Positions 29,701 to 43,965 of a stretch of 64,000 nt of DNA are shown piece after piece (the first letter of the stretch is position 1; every line of letters starts with the position of its first letter). The notes beneath the pieces are model-generated. The model worked only from the letters and a program-made list of their open reading frames with translations, made no database searches and was not told where the DNA came from. The DNA comes from the human T2T-CHM13v2.0 reference genome, Homo sapiens. Position numbers and translations under genes: made by a program. Location of the stretch: NCBI RefSeq assembly GCF_009914755.1, contig NC_060930.1; one strand, given 5' to 3'.

Positions 29701-31927
29701 AATATTTTTGTGTTTGTCTGGCACAAAACAGATATCATAACCTAGAAGAACAGACTGATACTTTTTCTGTAATGATTTACTAACAAAGTGAGAATTGCCT
29801 GGTTTTATAACTCACATCCCTAAGCACCATTGTTTGAGTTGGATCCTGAGTATTTAAACAATTCTGAAGAGATTTTTTCACAGAACAATAAACAGGTTTT
29901 GAATTTATGATGGGCATTGTGTAATCTGGGTTCTGACAGATCCTTGTACTTTTCTTCTCTGCTCATGGCCACATGTTATTTCTGCTTTGTAAAAGTAGGC
30001 TGTTTTATATAAGGTCAGAATTTACTGTGTTCTGTTTGAACACAACACAGTGATTTTTCATTGCATTCCTTGCAGACACTTAACAGTTAATTGTTGATAA
30101 GAGCCACTGTCTCTATTGTGTCTGGCTTTTTAATCCACAGTAGCCACATTTACGGCAGTGCCCATAGTTACCCAGCTGATGATCTTTCACCGGTAGCCAC
30201 TGTTCTTTGTCATAAGTTTCACATCCTTTTTGTTGTCAATTGTCCTTTCCTGTATCACCATTGTAAACTTTTTGATACCAAGAGAGCAAGCTTAGATCTT
30301 TTTAAAAAATAATTTTTAAAATTTTATTGTTTACTATTTATTTACCTATGGCATGCATAAAGAAAAATGAATGTACTATAAGTGTGAATACTATATGTAA
30401 AAGTTCAAATAACCCGGACCCAGATAGGAAAATGCAGTATTGCCAGCACCACTTTCAGATTCTATCCCCAATTACCATAGATAACCACAGTTTTGATTTC
30501 TAGGAGCCTAGCTTAGCTTTGCATGTTTCTGAACTTTATTTAAATGTTTGTATGTACAAACATTTTGCTTGTATATAGTTTAGTATGTTTGTTTTCATTG
30601 CTATATAATATCCCATTTTTTTCATCCATTCTAGGGTTGGGCATTTACACAGTCTGTAATGTTTAGCTAATATGAAGAGAGTTGTTACTCACATTTTAGT
30701 AAATGCCACTTGATGAACATATGTATGCATACCTCTATGAGTGGAGTTGCTAGATTATGTGTATGCTTGATTGTAGAAGTTTTAAAAAGTAACCAATCAA
30801 ATTAGGCTTTCAGAAAGACTTTCTTACAGCAGTGAAAAGAATGGATGAAAGAATGGTAAGAATAATTTAGATGAGGAATGATAAGAATTTGAACTGATGA
30901 TTATCAGTGAGATAGGAATAAAAAGATGATTATGAGAACATTTGCATGGGAAAATAACTGAACTTGATGGCCTCATTAAACACAGGGTGAGGTCAGTATG
31001 ACTTCCAGATGATATCATTCATAGAGATAGAGAATCTCCTTAATTAACATTAATATGCATACAGGAAGTTGTTCTTGTTTATTTTGGAGATGAAGAAATA
31101 GGACTGATACAGATAATACCTAATAAGTGGCTTATTTCCTCCAAGATGTAAGACTTATTCTTTAAATAGCCAAAATAGTGCCTGGATTTGTTTACCAAAT
31201 GCCATGCCTTCTAATAATTGTACCGAGCGACACCTACAGAGTGCTTAAAGAGAAGACCTTGTTTAAATCTACCTCTGTCATTTAGAAATTACATGGATTT
31301 GGGCTAGTTAACATTTAAAAGGCATTTTTTTTCACATGTAACACAAGGTTAATAATATACATCTTGCATAATTCAATGAGATCAAGTATATAAAGTTTCT
31401 TTTAATGCCTGTCACATAGTAATTTTAAATGATAGCCCTTATTATTGTTACATTTAGTCATTACATCTTAATGCTTTTTAAAAAACTATTCATATTCTCA
31501 AATAAAGAGATGAGGCCACCTTTCTCTTCTCCACATCCTCTCAACAAATTTACCCTAAAATCTGAGTATTTGGACATTAAGTAAAAACTGACATTGTATT
31601 TAGCAGCTTTAAAACAGGCTTGACCATTCTGCCCACCTCCAGGTAGTTTCTAATTGAAAATAAGGATGTAAGCATGCTTAGATCTTAATACGAATATATT
31701 CCAATTTTATCCAACCAGCTTATCGTGATCTTTTATTAATAAGTATCCTACAATTGCTTCGTAGGATCTCAAAGTTTGCAACCAAGACGAATCATCATCC
31801 GTAAAAATTCCACTATATCTTCTTGGCTTTTAAGGTATAAAACTCCACTTGTCTTGGAAACAAATTGTACAGAGTACAGTCTGGAAAAAGCTACAACTTT
31901 AGTTTTACAGCATGGGGATTATTACTA

Positions 31928-32241
31928 TTCACCTTGTGTACCTACATCTGCACAGGAAACAAAAAGACTCAGCACAGCCTCAGCTTCCAAATTCTGAAAC
32001 ATTTTGTGAGACTCCATAAAAGCAATGATGATCTTGCAATCCAGCTAGATCTGTTTTTCGTGTGGTCATTTCCAGGAGCAACAAGCAAGACCAGGGGTCT
32101 CCTAGTCCTTGCTGCATCATGTTCAGATCTGCTAACTGCAGTGCAAGCTGTTGAAGGAATTTTGAGGATGAAAATTTTGAATATAATGTTGATTTCATCA
32201 TTGAAACTGCCAGGATAACAGAGGAATACTTTCATAAAGCC
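31928..32241 (-). repeat. Inverted repeat IR2, left arm (314 bp)
   Basis: Reverse complement of 33915-34224; hand alignment gives about 32 mismatches and 2 small gaps. Confidence 0.97.
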
Positions 32242-33427
32242 TTTTAAATCTTCAGCTATTTGTTCCTAGGCAAAGCATCCCTTCATTCCTGTCAGTTTCT
32301 CTGTCCCCTCACTCCCTTCACATACAAATCCCATATAACTTTGTATTTATGTAATGATTCAATGAAATAAAAATATTATAGCAGTTTTGGCTAATACTAT
32401 TATAAAGTAATGTTCATTATCTGTAAAAGTTGGCCGTGATATATGCCATTCACAATTCACTGACTTTTCTGATATCTGCAAAGGACTTGGGGTTAGATCT
32501 GGACTAGAACATATTACTCATGTGACTATATTCTCTGGTTTCCAGGCTATAGAAAATTGTATCACACGACTATGCTTTGTTCTCTGAAAAACAGATGGAA
32601 GGGACACTACTTTTTAAATATCAGACTGATTTTGGTGGTTTATTTTCATGTGGCTTGCAGTAACTGAAGGAAGATGAACATGTTTTAAGATGTATGTGTC
32701 TCATTATACTGATTTGAAGACTCTGTAGGCATGTTTTGTTTGCTAAAACACTAGGAAAGATGAACATACACATAACAACAGCATAAAAGTGGTAAAGGCA
32801 GAAAATTCTGAGGCTGCCTCCAAATGCTTGTCTCATGAGTCTAAATTTAATATCACCCTTAAGCATTACAAGGAATAACTTTGGGGATAATGCTGCTCCA
32901 AACTGCAATAGCATACCTTGGCAAAATCATCCCTTTACCACCACCCCAGCCATGGTATCCTTCATACATTTTACAGTTCTTTACATGAGACATGAAAATA
33001 ATTAAGATGAATCGAATATCAGAAATTCTGTTTACTACAGATGTTCAGAGTAGAGGAGTCTCTTTAGGCTGGATTTATTGGCAGTGGAGGGGGACCTATG
33101 AGTCAGACACTGGTAAAGTGTACTGGGGAGTGTAGTGGCATCCAAGTCCATTGGTTTGTAGCCACCACTAGGGTGCATTTCTTGAGAATGCTGTCATTTT
33201 CCCCAACATGGGCCTCTGGTCATGTTGCCCTCTTGATCACAGCCATCAGGATGTGGTGTGTCCACTCATTAAGAAGTCAGCGGAGCAAGCTCTATCAGTT
33301 AAATATTGAAAATTTGTCCTATAACTAAAGCTATATTCTGTTATGTTGTTTATCTGTCTATAGCAAATCCATGATTTCCCTATAAATTCATATTTCTACA
33401 AAAGATCAAGAAAAAGGCAGAGAAATT

Positions 33428-33814
33428 TGTTAAAAGGAAAACCTTACACAAATTAAGTTCAACAGAGTTTAATTGAACAAAGAATAAGATTGATTAATCA
33501 GGCAACCCCCACAAACCAGAAGAGGCTCAGAATGACTCAGGTGTTGTCTCATGGTCTAAGAAAATTATGAACAGAAAAAGGAAAATGACAAAAGTGAAGT
33601 ATAGAAATAGCTGGATTGGTTACAACTTGGCATTTGTCATATTTGAACATGGTTTGAACAGTTGGTTGCCTTTGGTTGTCGGAAACTTGGTGATTGGTAC
33701 AGGAGTAGGTTACAGTCTGTTTATACATCCAATAGGTTACAGTGCACTATATATGGAAAAACTTTAGGCCAAAGATAAAATATGTAAGGAGGTAGCTTTA
33801 GGCTAAATTTAACA
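33428..33814 (-). mobile_element. ERV1 solo LTR, MER57/MER93 type
   Basis: tgttaaaaggaaaacctt ... atatgtaaggaggtagctttaggctaaatttaaca; the reverse complement begins like the recalled MER57B/MER93 consensus. Subfamily uncertain. Confidence 0.8.
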
Positions 33815-33914
33815 GGCTGAATGTTTTGAGTTTATTTTAGCATTGGTTTTCATGAGGACCCTGATTTCAGTGTCGGTGTCTTTGTTTTGTTTTGTTTTGT
33901 TGTGCTATTTTTTT

Positions 33915-34224
33915 GGCTTTCTGAAAGCATCCCTCTGTTATCCTGACAGTTTCAATGATGAAATCAACATTATATCCAAAATTTTCATCCTCAAAATTCC
34001 TTCCCTGCTTGCACCGCAGTTAGCAGATCTGAACATGAGGGAGCCAGGGCAAGGAGGTCCCTGGTCTTGCTTGTTGCTCCTGGAAATGACAGCACGAAAA
34101 ACAGATCTAGCTGGATTGTAAGAACGTGGTTTCTATGGAGTCTCACAAAATGTTTCAGCATTTGGAAGCTGTTGCAGAGCTGGGTCTTTTTGTTTTCTGT
34201 GCAGATGTAAGTACACATGGTGAA
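33915..34224 (+). repeat. Inverted repeat IR2, right arm (310 bp)
   Basis: Reverse complement of 31928-32241; the ORF track shows matching peptides on opposite strands (PWSCLLLLEMT-RKTDLAGL). Confidence 0.97.
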
Positions 34225-35725
34225 ACAAAACAAACTGAATTTGTTTTCAGTTTTAGGCCTTTGTTTTATAAGCATTTTACATTAAAATGTAGAAAAAGGA
34301 AATACATAAAATTTCTTTTCTTGTGGGAGAGTGGTAATATGAATTCATACAAACTTGACAAAATACAATGGATTTGTGAGATTCAGTCCCTTTTAGTGAC
34401 ATGGATGATGATGTGTTATTTGAATTGCTCTTCCCAAGTGTACCATTTTTTTTCTTGTTAAGGGTCTGTCTTTATCAGAGGGTCTGTCTTTATCAGAAAG
34501 TCCAGATACATTTTTAGTGTAATACATGTGACATGTATTTGTATATAAATTTCCCTGGGCATTTTTTGGTTGTAGAATATTATCATTTGGTATTTCCACA
34601 ACTCCTAGAAATATTTTAAGCAGGATAGATGTCTTTACCTCAATCATATTAGGCATTTATTTAACATGAACCATGCCAGATGGTGTTTTGTATATGAAAC
34701 TGAGAGTGTGCATGACATACAAAATTTGAAAGGTACAAAGAGGATTCAGTGAAAAGTAAACCTTTACTCAGGGCCCCCAGCTACCCAGTCAGTGCATCTC
34801 CATCACCATTTTATCATTTTATTCTCTATGTTTATACATAAATATACAAAATGCATATATCATATTATATATTATATCCCTATATGTACATGTGATGTAT
34901 ATAATATATAATTTATTTAATCAAGTATCTATTGATAATTTTAGATTGTTTTCAATCTTTTACCTACAATGCTGTGATGATGGTGTATTTAGAATACCTC
35001 TTCTCATAGATGTCTGTGGAGCTTCTTTCCTTATTTACTTCAGGTTTCAGTTTAAATGTCACCTCCTTGCTACCTTACGTAAAGCAGAATCCCTTCCTCA
35101 TTACTCCCTACTCCTCTTATTCTATTTTTCTTCATAGCACTTGCTGTCAGTTGACATATTATGTATTTATTTGTTTAAAGGCTCTTTCCCCAACACATGT
35201 AAGCTTCGTGAGTCTCTCTACTGTGTTTGCTTCTCTATCCCCAGTGTGTAGAACAAGAGCGGGTGTGCCGTTGGTGTTCACTAAGTATTTATTAAATGAA
35301 TAGTTCATTTTACACATTTGTCAGTAGATTTGTAGGAAAAATTTCTAGAAGTGGAATTGCTGTGTTAAAGGATGTGGGCATTTTTAATTTTGACACATGT
35401 TGCCAAATAGCTTTCCCTAGAAGTTGTAGAAATTTATATTTTTATCAGCAGTGTACCCACACTTTCACCAGCATCAAACTTGCTATCAGTTGATATAACC
35501 TACGGTATCTCATTTTAGGTATAATTTGTATTTCTCTATTATGAGTGATGTGCATACACTACCGAAACTCTTTAGCTGTTTATGATGACTAAACATATAT
35601 GAAGTATTTTCACTGAATCTTTTTCAAAGACCAAAAGATCTTCCTGACACTCATGCTCTTATACCAGAAGTTGCCTAATATCTGCCCTGCTTGACTCTGT
35701 AGGAGTCATAATTTATCTGTGTTGA

Positions 35726-36046
<321 letters not shown>

Positions 36047-36197
36047 AAATCAGGGATTTTTGTAGTTGCTTTTGACTTCTAGATCTCTTATGCAATGAAA
36101 TCTATCTAATTTTCCTTTTACCTTATGAATTTAATATTCTCCTACTCCCAGGTTATATTTGGGACCTCAGTCTGTGCCACCTGGAATATCAACATCA

Positions 36198-36672
<475 letters not shown>

Positions 36673-38044
36673 CTATCATGGTTTTGCTGGAAAGTAAAAT
36701 AGATATTTCCTGTTAGAATTAATTATTTGAATTATTAGATGAAATCTAAATGCACAAAATTCAAAATCCTCATAGCAAGAATAAAATAATATTACAAAGA
36801 TGATCTTCAACACTAGAACCTCTTGCCACTGCAACTCTAATCATACCAATACTTTTATATACCCTCGCCCGCCACTGACAAAAAGACATGGACCATTTAC
36901 CTTTTACAAACTCTACCAAAACTTTAAAAAATGGAACTATTATAAGAACACTGAGGCAAAGACATCAATTTTCAGGACTCCTGAAAACTTGTGTTGTCTG
37001 ATTTCTAACAAGAAATATAAAGCATTATAGCATGTGATTTTCTACTTGTGAGTGTTTGTCTAGGATCCTCTGAATTTTAATGTGGCTTATCCTTATAATT
37101 TGTTATATGATGCTTGTTAAATAATACCTTCATTCCTTTTTTTAATTAGGTGAGGCATTATGAAGTGCCATTTTTTAACAAACATAAGTAATACTATTAA
37201 GATCTAATTTTTAAATGAGGTTAGTAATATATTGATTAATATACAACTGAAAGTTCAGATAAATATTTTTTTGTAAAATTTCTCACTAAAGTTTTTAAAT
37301 CTGTAAATGTTGTATTTGGAAATTTTATGAGCTAGAAACAGATCATGTATAGATTTTCACTGGTCAAGGAAAGATAAGGTAACAGGATTGTTACAAGAAA
37401 TATTTGCACTAATAATATTCATGTTGCATATAACCTTGATGAGAAAATTTTTATAAGCAGCAACCATAATGTTAGGGCTCAGTGATTATGAAAAACTACA
37501 GTGGCTAAGAGAAAATAACCTTGACACTATAATATAAAATCCCTGAAGTGTTATGGATGACTGTGTTGTATAAATGTAACTTAGAATCATCTTCATGCTG
37601 AGATTTAATATTTGGGGGTCAGTGCGGTGGTAAAGTTGGAAAAAAATAAACATATCAACTAAACAAACTTCATTATTATGTCCACCAGGGAGTCTCAGTA
37701 TGAAACCTTTTCATATCAAGAATAATTTTAACACGAGTCAAAAATCCTAAAGCATGCAGGAGATCAACTAAGCAACGACAAAATTCTTAAAAAGAAACAC
37801 AAACTCCTGAGCTCTTGCATATAAAGTTTTATACATAATATATTTAAGCATATATTATTCAAAGATAGGTGTCTCAAGTATACATATATATATACATAAA
37901 ATCATTTACTTATTTTCCAAAAGAGTTGAGTTAATCAAAAAGATTAAAATGTTATTTTAGAATCATCATCACATCAGATACACATAAAATTAAATTATTA
38001 AAATAAGTTAAATAAAAAACTCATTCTTTCATTTATGTTTACTT

Positions 38045-39055
38045 TTATATTAAACAACAGCTTTTTTGAGGTACAACTGACACATAATAAGCTGCACATA
38101 TTTATAGTAAACATTTTGGTACATTTTCACATATGTGTGCACTCATGGAAGTATCAGCACAATCAAAATAGTGAACATTTTCATTATTTTCCAAAGCTTT
38201 TTTATACCCCTTTGAAATCCCTTTTCCTGCCCCACCCTATTTCATTCTCCAGACAACTGCTATTCTGTTGTTACTGTAGTTAAGTTGGCATTTTCTAGAG
38301 CTTATATAAATGGAATCATACAGTATGTAATCCTTTTACCTTCTTTCACTTAGCAAAATTATTTTGAAAGTCATCCATGTTGCATTCACAATAGTTTATT
38401 TCTCTTCTATTGCTGAGTAGTATTTCGTTGTATAGATATACCACAGTTTGTTTACCCATTTACCTGTCGATAGACATTTGGGTTGTCTGGATTGTTATGG
38501 CTATTACAAATGAAGCTGCTATGAACATTTGTGTATAAATCTTTGTATGGACATATGCTCTCTTTTCTCTTGAAAAAATACCTAGGAGTAAAATGGCTGG
38601 ACTATATGGTACATGTATTTTTAATAAAGTGCCAAGCTGTTTCCAAAATGGTGGTACCATTATACGTTACCACCAATAGTGTGGTAATAGAGAATTCCAG
38701 TTCCTCTAAATGTTTGCCAACACTTGGTATGAGAAGTCTTTTTAATTGTTAGACATTCTAATAAGTGGGTTGTGGTCTCCAATTGTGGTTAATTTGCATT
38801 TTCCTATGACTAATGATGTTGGGCATCTTTGCATTTGCTTATTTGCCATCCATATATCTTTTTTGGTGAAGTGAATGCAAAAATCTTCTGCCATGTTCAG
38901 GTTGAGTTTGCTTCCTTATTATTGAGTTTCAAGAGTTAAAAAAATATTTTTTGGATTTGAATATTTTATATATATAGTGGATACAAGTTCTTTGTCAGAG
39001 AGCTGCTTTGCAAATAACTTCTCCTGGTTTGTAGTTTGAATTTTCATGCTCTTGT
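38045..39055 (-). mobile_element. L1MB-like 3' end
   Basis: 'cagcttttttgaggtacaactgaca', 'aatggaatcatacagtatgta', 'tatgaacatttgtgtataaatctttg', typical antisense L1MB/MC. Confidence 0.85.
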
Positions 39056-39059
39056 GACT

Positions 39060-40490
39060 ATGAGAAGAGAAATCTGCTGTTATCCTTATTTTTGTTCCCC
39101 TATAAGTAATGTGTATTTTTCTTTTAGCTGCTTTTAAGATTTCCTATTTATTCTTGGGTTTGAGCAATTTTATTATAATGTGGCTGTAGTCTTCTTTATG
39201 TTTCTTGTTCTTGAAGCTTGTTAAGATCCCGAATCTGTGGGTTTATGATTTTCATAAAATTGGGAAAAATTTCAAACATTATTTCTTTAAAGAAATTTCC
39301 TGTTTTCCCTTCACTATTATGTTCTTTCATGACTCTGATTACATATATATTAAGCTACTTGAATTTGTCCCAAGTTCACTCATTTACTTTTTAAAAATAT
39401 TTTTTCTATATATTTTACTTTCTAAAGTTTCTATTGCCATATCTTCATGTTCACTGATCCTTTGTTTTGCAATATTGAATTTTCTTTTAATCCCTTCTAC
39501 TGTATTTTTCAACTTTAGCATTATAGTTTTCATCTGTGGAAAAAGGTTGATTTGGATTTGATTTTATAATATTTTCAATGTCTCTATTTAACTTTTGGAG
39601 CATAGAGGGTATAGTTACAATAATTATTTTAGTGTTCTTGTCTAGTAATTCTAACATCTGTGTCAATTCTGGCCAATTGATTCTCATTGTTATGTAGTTC
39701 CTTGCTTCTTTGCATGGTAATCTTGAATTAGATGCCAGACATTGTAAATTTTATCTTTTTAGATGTGGGATATATATATATATATTTTATAACTCTTTTT
39801 GAACTTTGTTCTGAGATGCAGTTAATTTACTTAGAAACAATTTGATCTTTTCAAGTCTTATTTTTATGATTTGTTAAATGGATCTGGATTAATGTTCAAC
39901 CTAGGGCTATTTCCCACCACTGAATCAAGGCCCTTCTGAATATTCTACCTAATGCTCCATGAACTGTGAGTTTTTTGGGATCTGGCTATTGTGAACAGGC
40001 ACTATTCCCAGTCCTATGTTAGCACCTGGCATATTCCTTCAAATCATTTCAAATGGTTCTTTCCCCAGCCTTGGGTAGTCTTCTCAAACACAAGTGCTGA
40101 TCAATACTTAGTTGAATACTCGAGGACACCCTCTGTGGATGTCTGCATTTCTCTTTCCATATAGTTCTCTCCTTTCTGATATTCTGTCCTATGAACTCTT
40201 GCCTCTTTGGTCTCCCTGGACTCTCAACTATGTCTCTTCAACTCAGACAGAGTACATCAGGTTCAAGCTAGGTTCCCCCTCCCTCTACTGAGGCCTGAAA
40301 ACTCTTTCAGTCAGTAAACTGGAGGCAATTGCAGGGCTTCATTTATTTCCTGTCTCTCGGGGATCACTGTCCTTTTTTCCTTCCTGTCCAGTGTTTTTAA
40401 AATCTTGTTTCATTTATTTAATCTAGGATTTTTTGTGGGGGTTGTTTCAGGCAAGCATTACTTCATCTTGGCCAGAAATGGAGGTCTCCA
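39060..40490 (-). mobile_element. Ancient L1M 5' / ORF1-region fragment
   Basis: 'gagaaatctgctgttatcct', 'ttgggaaaaatttcaaacattattt', 'catcttggccagaaatggagg' terminus. Confidence 0.7.
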
Positions 40491-41649
40491 AAGACTAATT
40501 TTCCAAACATTTATATTCTTTTTTTTTTTTTAAGAGAGGAATAAGTAATATTTTAAAGATGTAAATGAGGAGAAAAGTGAATGCAACATTTCTGTTTATA
40601 TAAAAAATTTATTCCAAGGTACAGAGTTAATAGTTTGGGCTTCCCTTTTTAATTTGTTCTGATATTGAAATTTTTATTATTTAATATTTGCTAAGCCTTC
40701 TAGATATGGACTCCATTGCTGTATGGTAATTAATCAAATTCCTACCTCGAGGAACTTGAAATCTAATGGCATTACATACATGTATATAATATTTAATATT
40801 GGAACTCAAATATAGAATTAAAATATAAGTGAACAGGGATAGCTAATGTGGAAATGCACTAGGTTGAAACTTTAATCTTCCCTTTTCAACTTTTCTTTAA
40901 ATGGGGAGTCAAGCTACAAAGTAATAATGAAAGGAATAATTATTGAGAGTTATGAGAGGAGATAAATTAGGTGAATTTCCACAATTGGAATACTATTGGA
41001 TGATCATACAGAAGTAGAAAAGAAGACATGCACCATATAACAACCTCCTGAGGTAGTCAGGCAGGTATTATCTCAGTTTTAAAGATGAGAACGCTGAAGT
41101 CTTGGGAGAAACATAATGGATTCTTCAAAGATATACCTCTGCCAGCCACTCATGTGGAGCTGATCATACCTGCTCTGGTGCCCCTAATTGTTCCTTTCTC
41201 ATAAGACTATGGGATCACACTGAACCTGAACCAATAGTTCACATGATTATCTTCCTTACTGCAACGTATATAGATTTGTTACATGGAAAATATATATGTT
41301 TGGAGGGATAAAATTTGACATGAAGAAATCTTTGTGAGTTTATGTATGTTTAAACTTTTGAGCGGTATAACAATTGTGTGGTTTTGACACTGCTGTGGAA
41401 CTGTACTGTATCTTATCCATCTTTTAATTTCTACTATTCAGCACAGCATCATACATATAGTAAGTGGCCAGTAATTGTAGAAGAAATGAATTAAGGGATA
41501 CCCTGAATTTTAAGAGAATTGGAGCAAAGCATACTAACTTTGAATGTAAAACAGTATTTTTAAAATTATGACTTTATTACTATAAGTGGGGTAGAGGCAA
41601 ATATTTGTTTTAAAAAAGGCAAGATTCAGAGTCTTCTAACCTCATATCT

Positions 41650-42095
41650 TCAATGTTTGAAAGAATAATGATGAATTTATTATTTTACACACTTTCCTTT
41701 CTTCATATCTACTGTTCCTTTTCTTCTCAGTGTAACTCAATCTAACACCCTCCACCACCTCCATCACTGCTGCCCTTCTTGAAGCTACCATGACTTCACC
41801 TGCACTGCAACAAATGATCTCCCTGCTGCCACTCTTGCCCCCTACCATCTATTCTCTACTCAGCAGCCAGAGTGATTTTTAAATGTGTCTTATCACTTCC
41901 CTAGTTAAACATTTTTTGTGGGTTCCCACTCTATTTCATAACCTAACAGGCCACAAAGGTGTGCTACTGCTGCTACTGTGCCTTCTTCTTTTACCAATTT
42001 CCCCCCACTCACCTGCTTGTATTGGCCTTGGCGTTCTTTAAGCACTACTTATGTTGCACTTGCTCTCCCTTCCACTTGAAATGTCTCGCCCATTT
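41650..42095 (+). mobile_element. L2 fragment
   Basis: 'cagcagccagagtgatttttaaa' and a pyrimidine-rich L2 3' body. Confidence 0.65.
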
Positions 42096-43572
42096 TATCC
42101 CAAAGTTATTTGAATAATGGTGTCTCTAATACAGTAGACATATAAAGCTCCCAATGGACTCCTCTGAAAAGCAACACACGTTTGGGTAGATAAGTTGTGG
42201 GTTTGTTAAAGAACCAGTCACAGTGACTTCTAGTTACAAAGCTTTTGGAAATAAAGATAGTTTACTCTCATTCTGCAAGAGGATGGCTTTCCAAGTCTCA
42301 TGGCTGTCTTGGGAGGTTGACATTACTGTTTGAACCATGAATTATCCGGTATCTATATTGGTAGAACAAGCAGCTGTTATTCCTTCTGTCTCCCTCAGTG
42401 TGTTGTTACCTCTACCATCGATATTTTCCAGCTTGAATGATCGTCCTTAGGGATGTAACACCTCCCCTTTTCCCTCCAAGGTCGATTGTAGTTCAGTTGA
42501 CAGGGACAGAACTATTATAGCTATGTTATACAATTTGTTTTTTTACTCTGATCCATTTTGTACCATTAATATGGGTATGGCTGTTTTGTTAGAAAAAGGA
42601 GCTATGTTCAGGGAGAAGAACATGAAAAATTACCTGGGGAGAAATGGGATCTTTCTAACAAAGAGATATATCAATGTAAGAACTTATTAAAAACAGCATT
42701 TATAATGCACAAATTGTAGTCATTGCAATGGCCATGATTGTTATTCTAAACCGCTCCTCTAGACTTTCAAAGGAGACCAGTGTCTTCGGACAGTCTCTTT
42801 TGTCAATGATGGATTTCTCTTTTTATGTTGCAGTACTGTAGGATTTGTTTCTCTGCTTTGTTCAAAGGGCTGCACTTCTGTTCATCCCTGTTTTCACCAA
42901 TTTCCCTTCCATCTTGTCTCTTCTCGGCTCATTACAAGAGCTAAGAATATTTTTTCCTTTCCAAAAATAAGCCAAACATAAATTACCTTTCAGCTTTAGG
43001 AAATTTAAAACTTTCATGTAAATACTAATAAAAATATGATTCCTGTAGAATCTCTAACAATCCATTTTTGTTTTCCATAAGAATATTTTGACATGTTGCT
43101 TTTTAATGGCCAAGAATACTATGTATTTCTGTGATACTTAGGAAGATGGTGCATTCTACCACAGGTAGACTTTTTATATATCTACATGTAGAGTGTTTGC
43201 AAATATTTGGCTTCTCTTTTTCAGGGTAGAAATAGCCACTGTTGTATCATTTGAACCAGTTCAACCAGCATGCTGATAATTGTGAATAAACAGAGTAGGT
43301 AGAGTATACTGGTCTCTAGGAATCAGAAGTGGTATTGTTTAATTTGAAAGAAACTTCTGTGCTAGTAGTAGTGTGACAGGCCTAGCAAACAGTTCAAATG
43401 GAGCGAAGACAATATATGGTAGAAAAAGAACTATAGATAATTCTTTAATCTCTTATTATATACTCATAAATCAAGGAAGTAATGCAACTAATGGAAGTAC
43501 TTTAAGGAAGAATGTGTCATCCACAGTGCTCAAGTCAGGTAAGATGGTAGGTGCTATTTGCAGATTAAGGGC

Positions 43573-43965
43573 TATTATGGACTGTTTTTGTCCCCCTCAC
43601 ATCAATATGTTGAAATTCTAAACCCCAATGTGGTGACATTAGGAAAAGGAAACTTTGGGAGGTAATTAAGGTTCGACAAGGTCATGAGAGTGGGGCCCTT
43701 GGGATAGGATTAGTGCCCTTGTAAGAAGAAACACCAGGGAGCTTGCTCTCTTTCTCTCCCTGCCACATGCACAACGAAGAGCTCATGTGAGCCCACGGTG
43801 AGATGGCAGCCACCTACAATCCATGAGAAGGGGCCTCAGAATGAAACTACCTTCGTGACACCTTGATCTTGGACTTCCCAGTCTCCAAAACTGACAGAAA
43901 TAAATTTCTGTTGTTTAAGCAACCTAGTCTGGCTTTATGTTATAGCAGCCCAAGAAGACTAACAC
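43573..43965 (+). mobile_element. MLT1A LTR
   Basis: tattatggact ... ccttgatcttggacttcccagtctcc ... aataaatttctgttgtttaagc ... gactaacac. Confidence 0.88.

Noticed and set aside
31865-34275. Paired ORFs on opposite strands in the IR2 arms
   Set aside because: The similarity is just the inverted duplication. A 1-nt indel and different stops break frame between arms, and I recognise no protein family.
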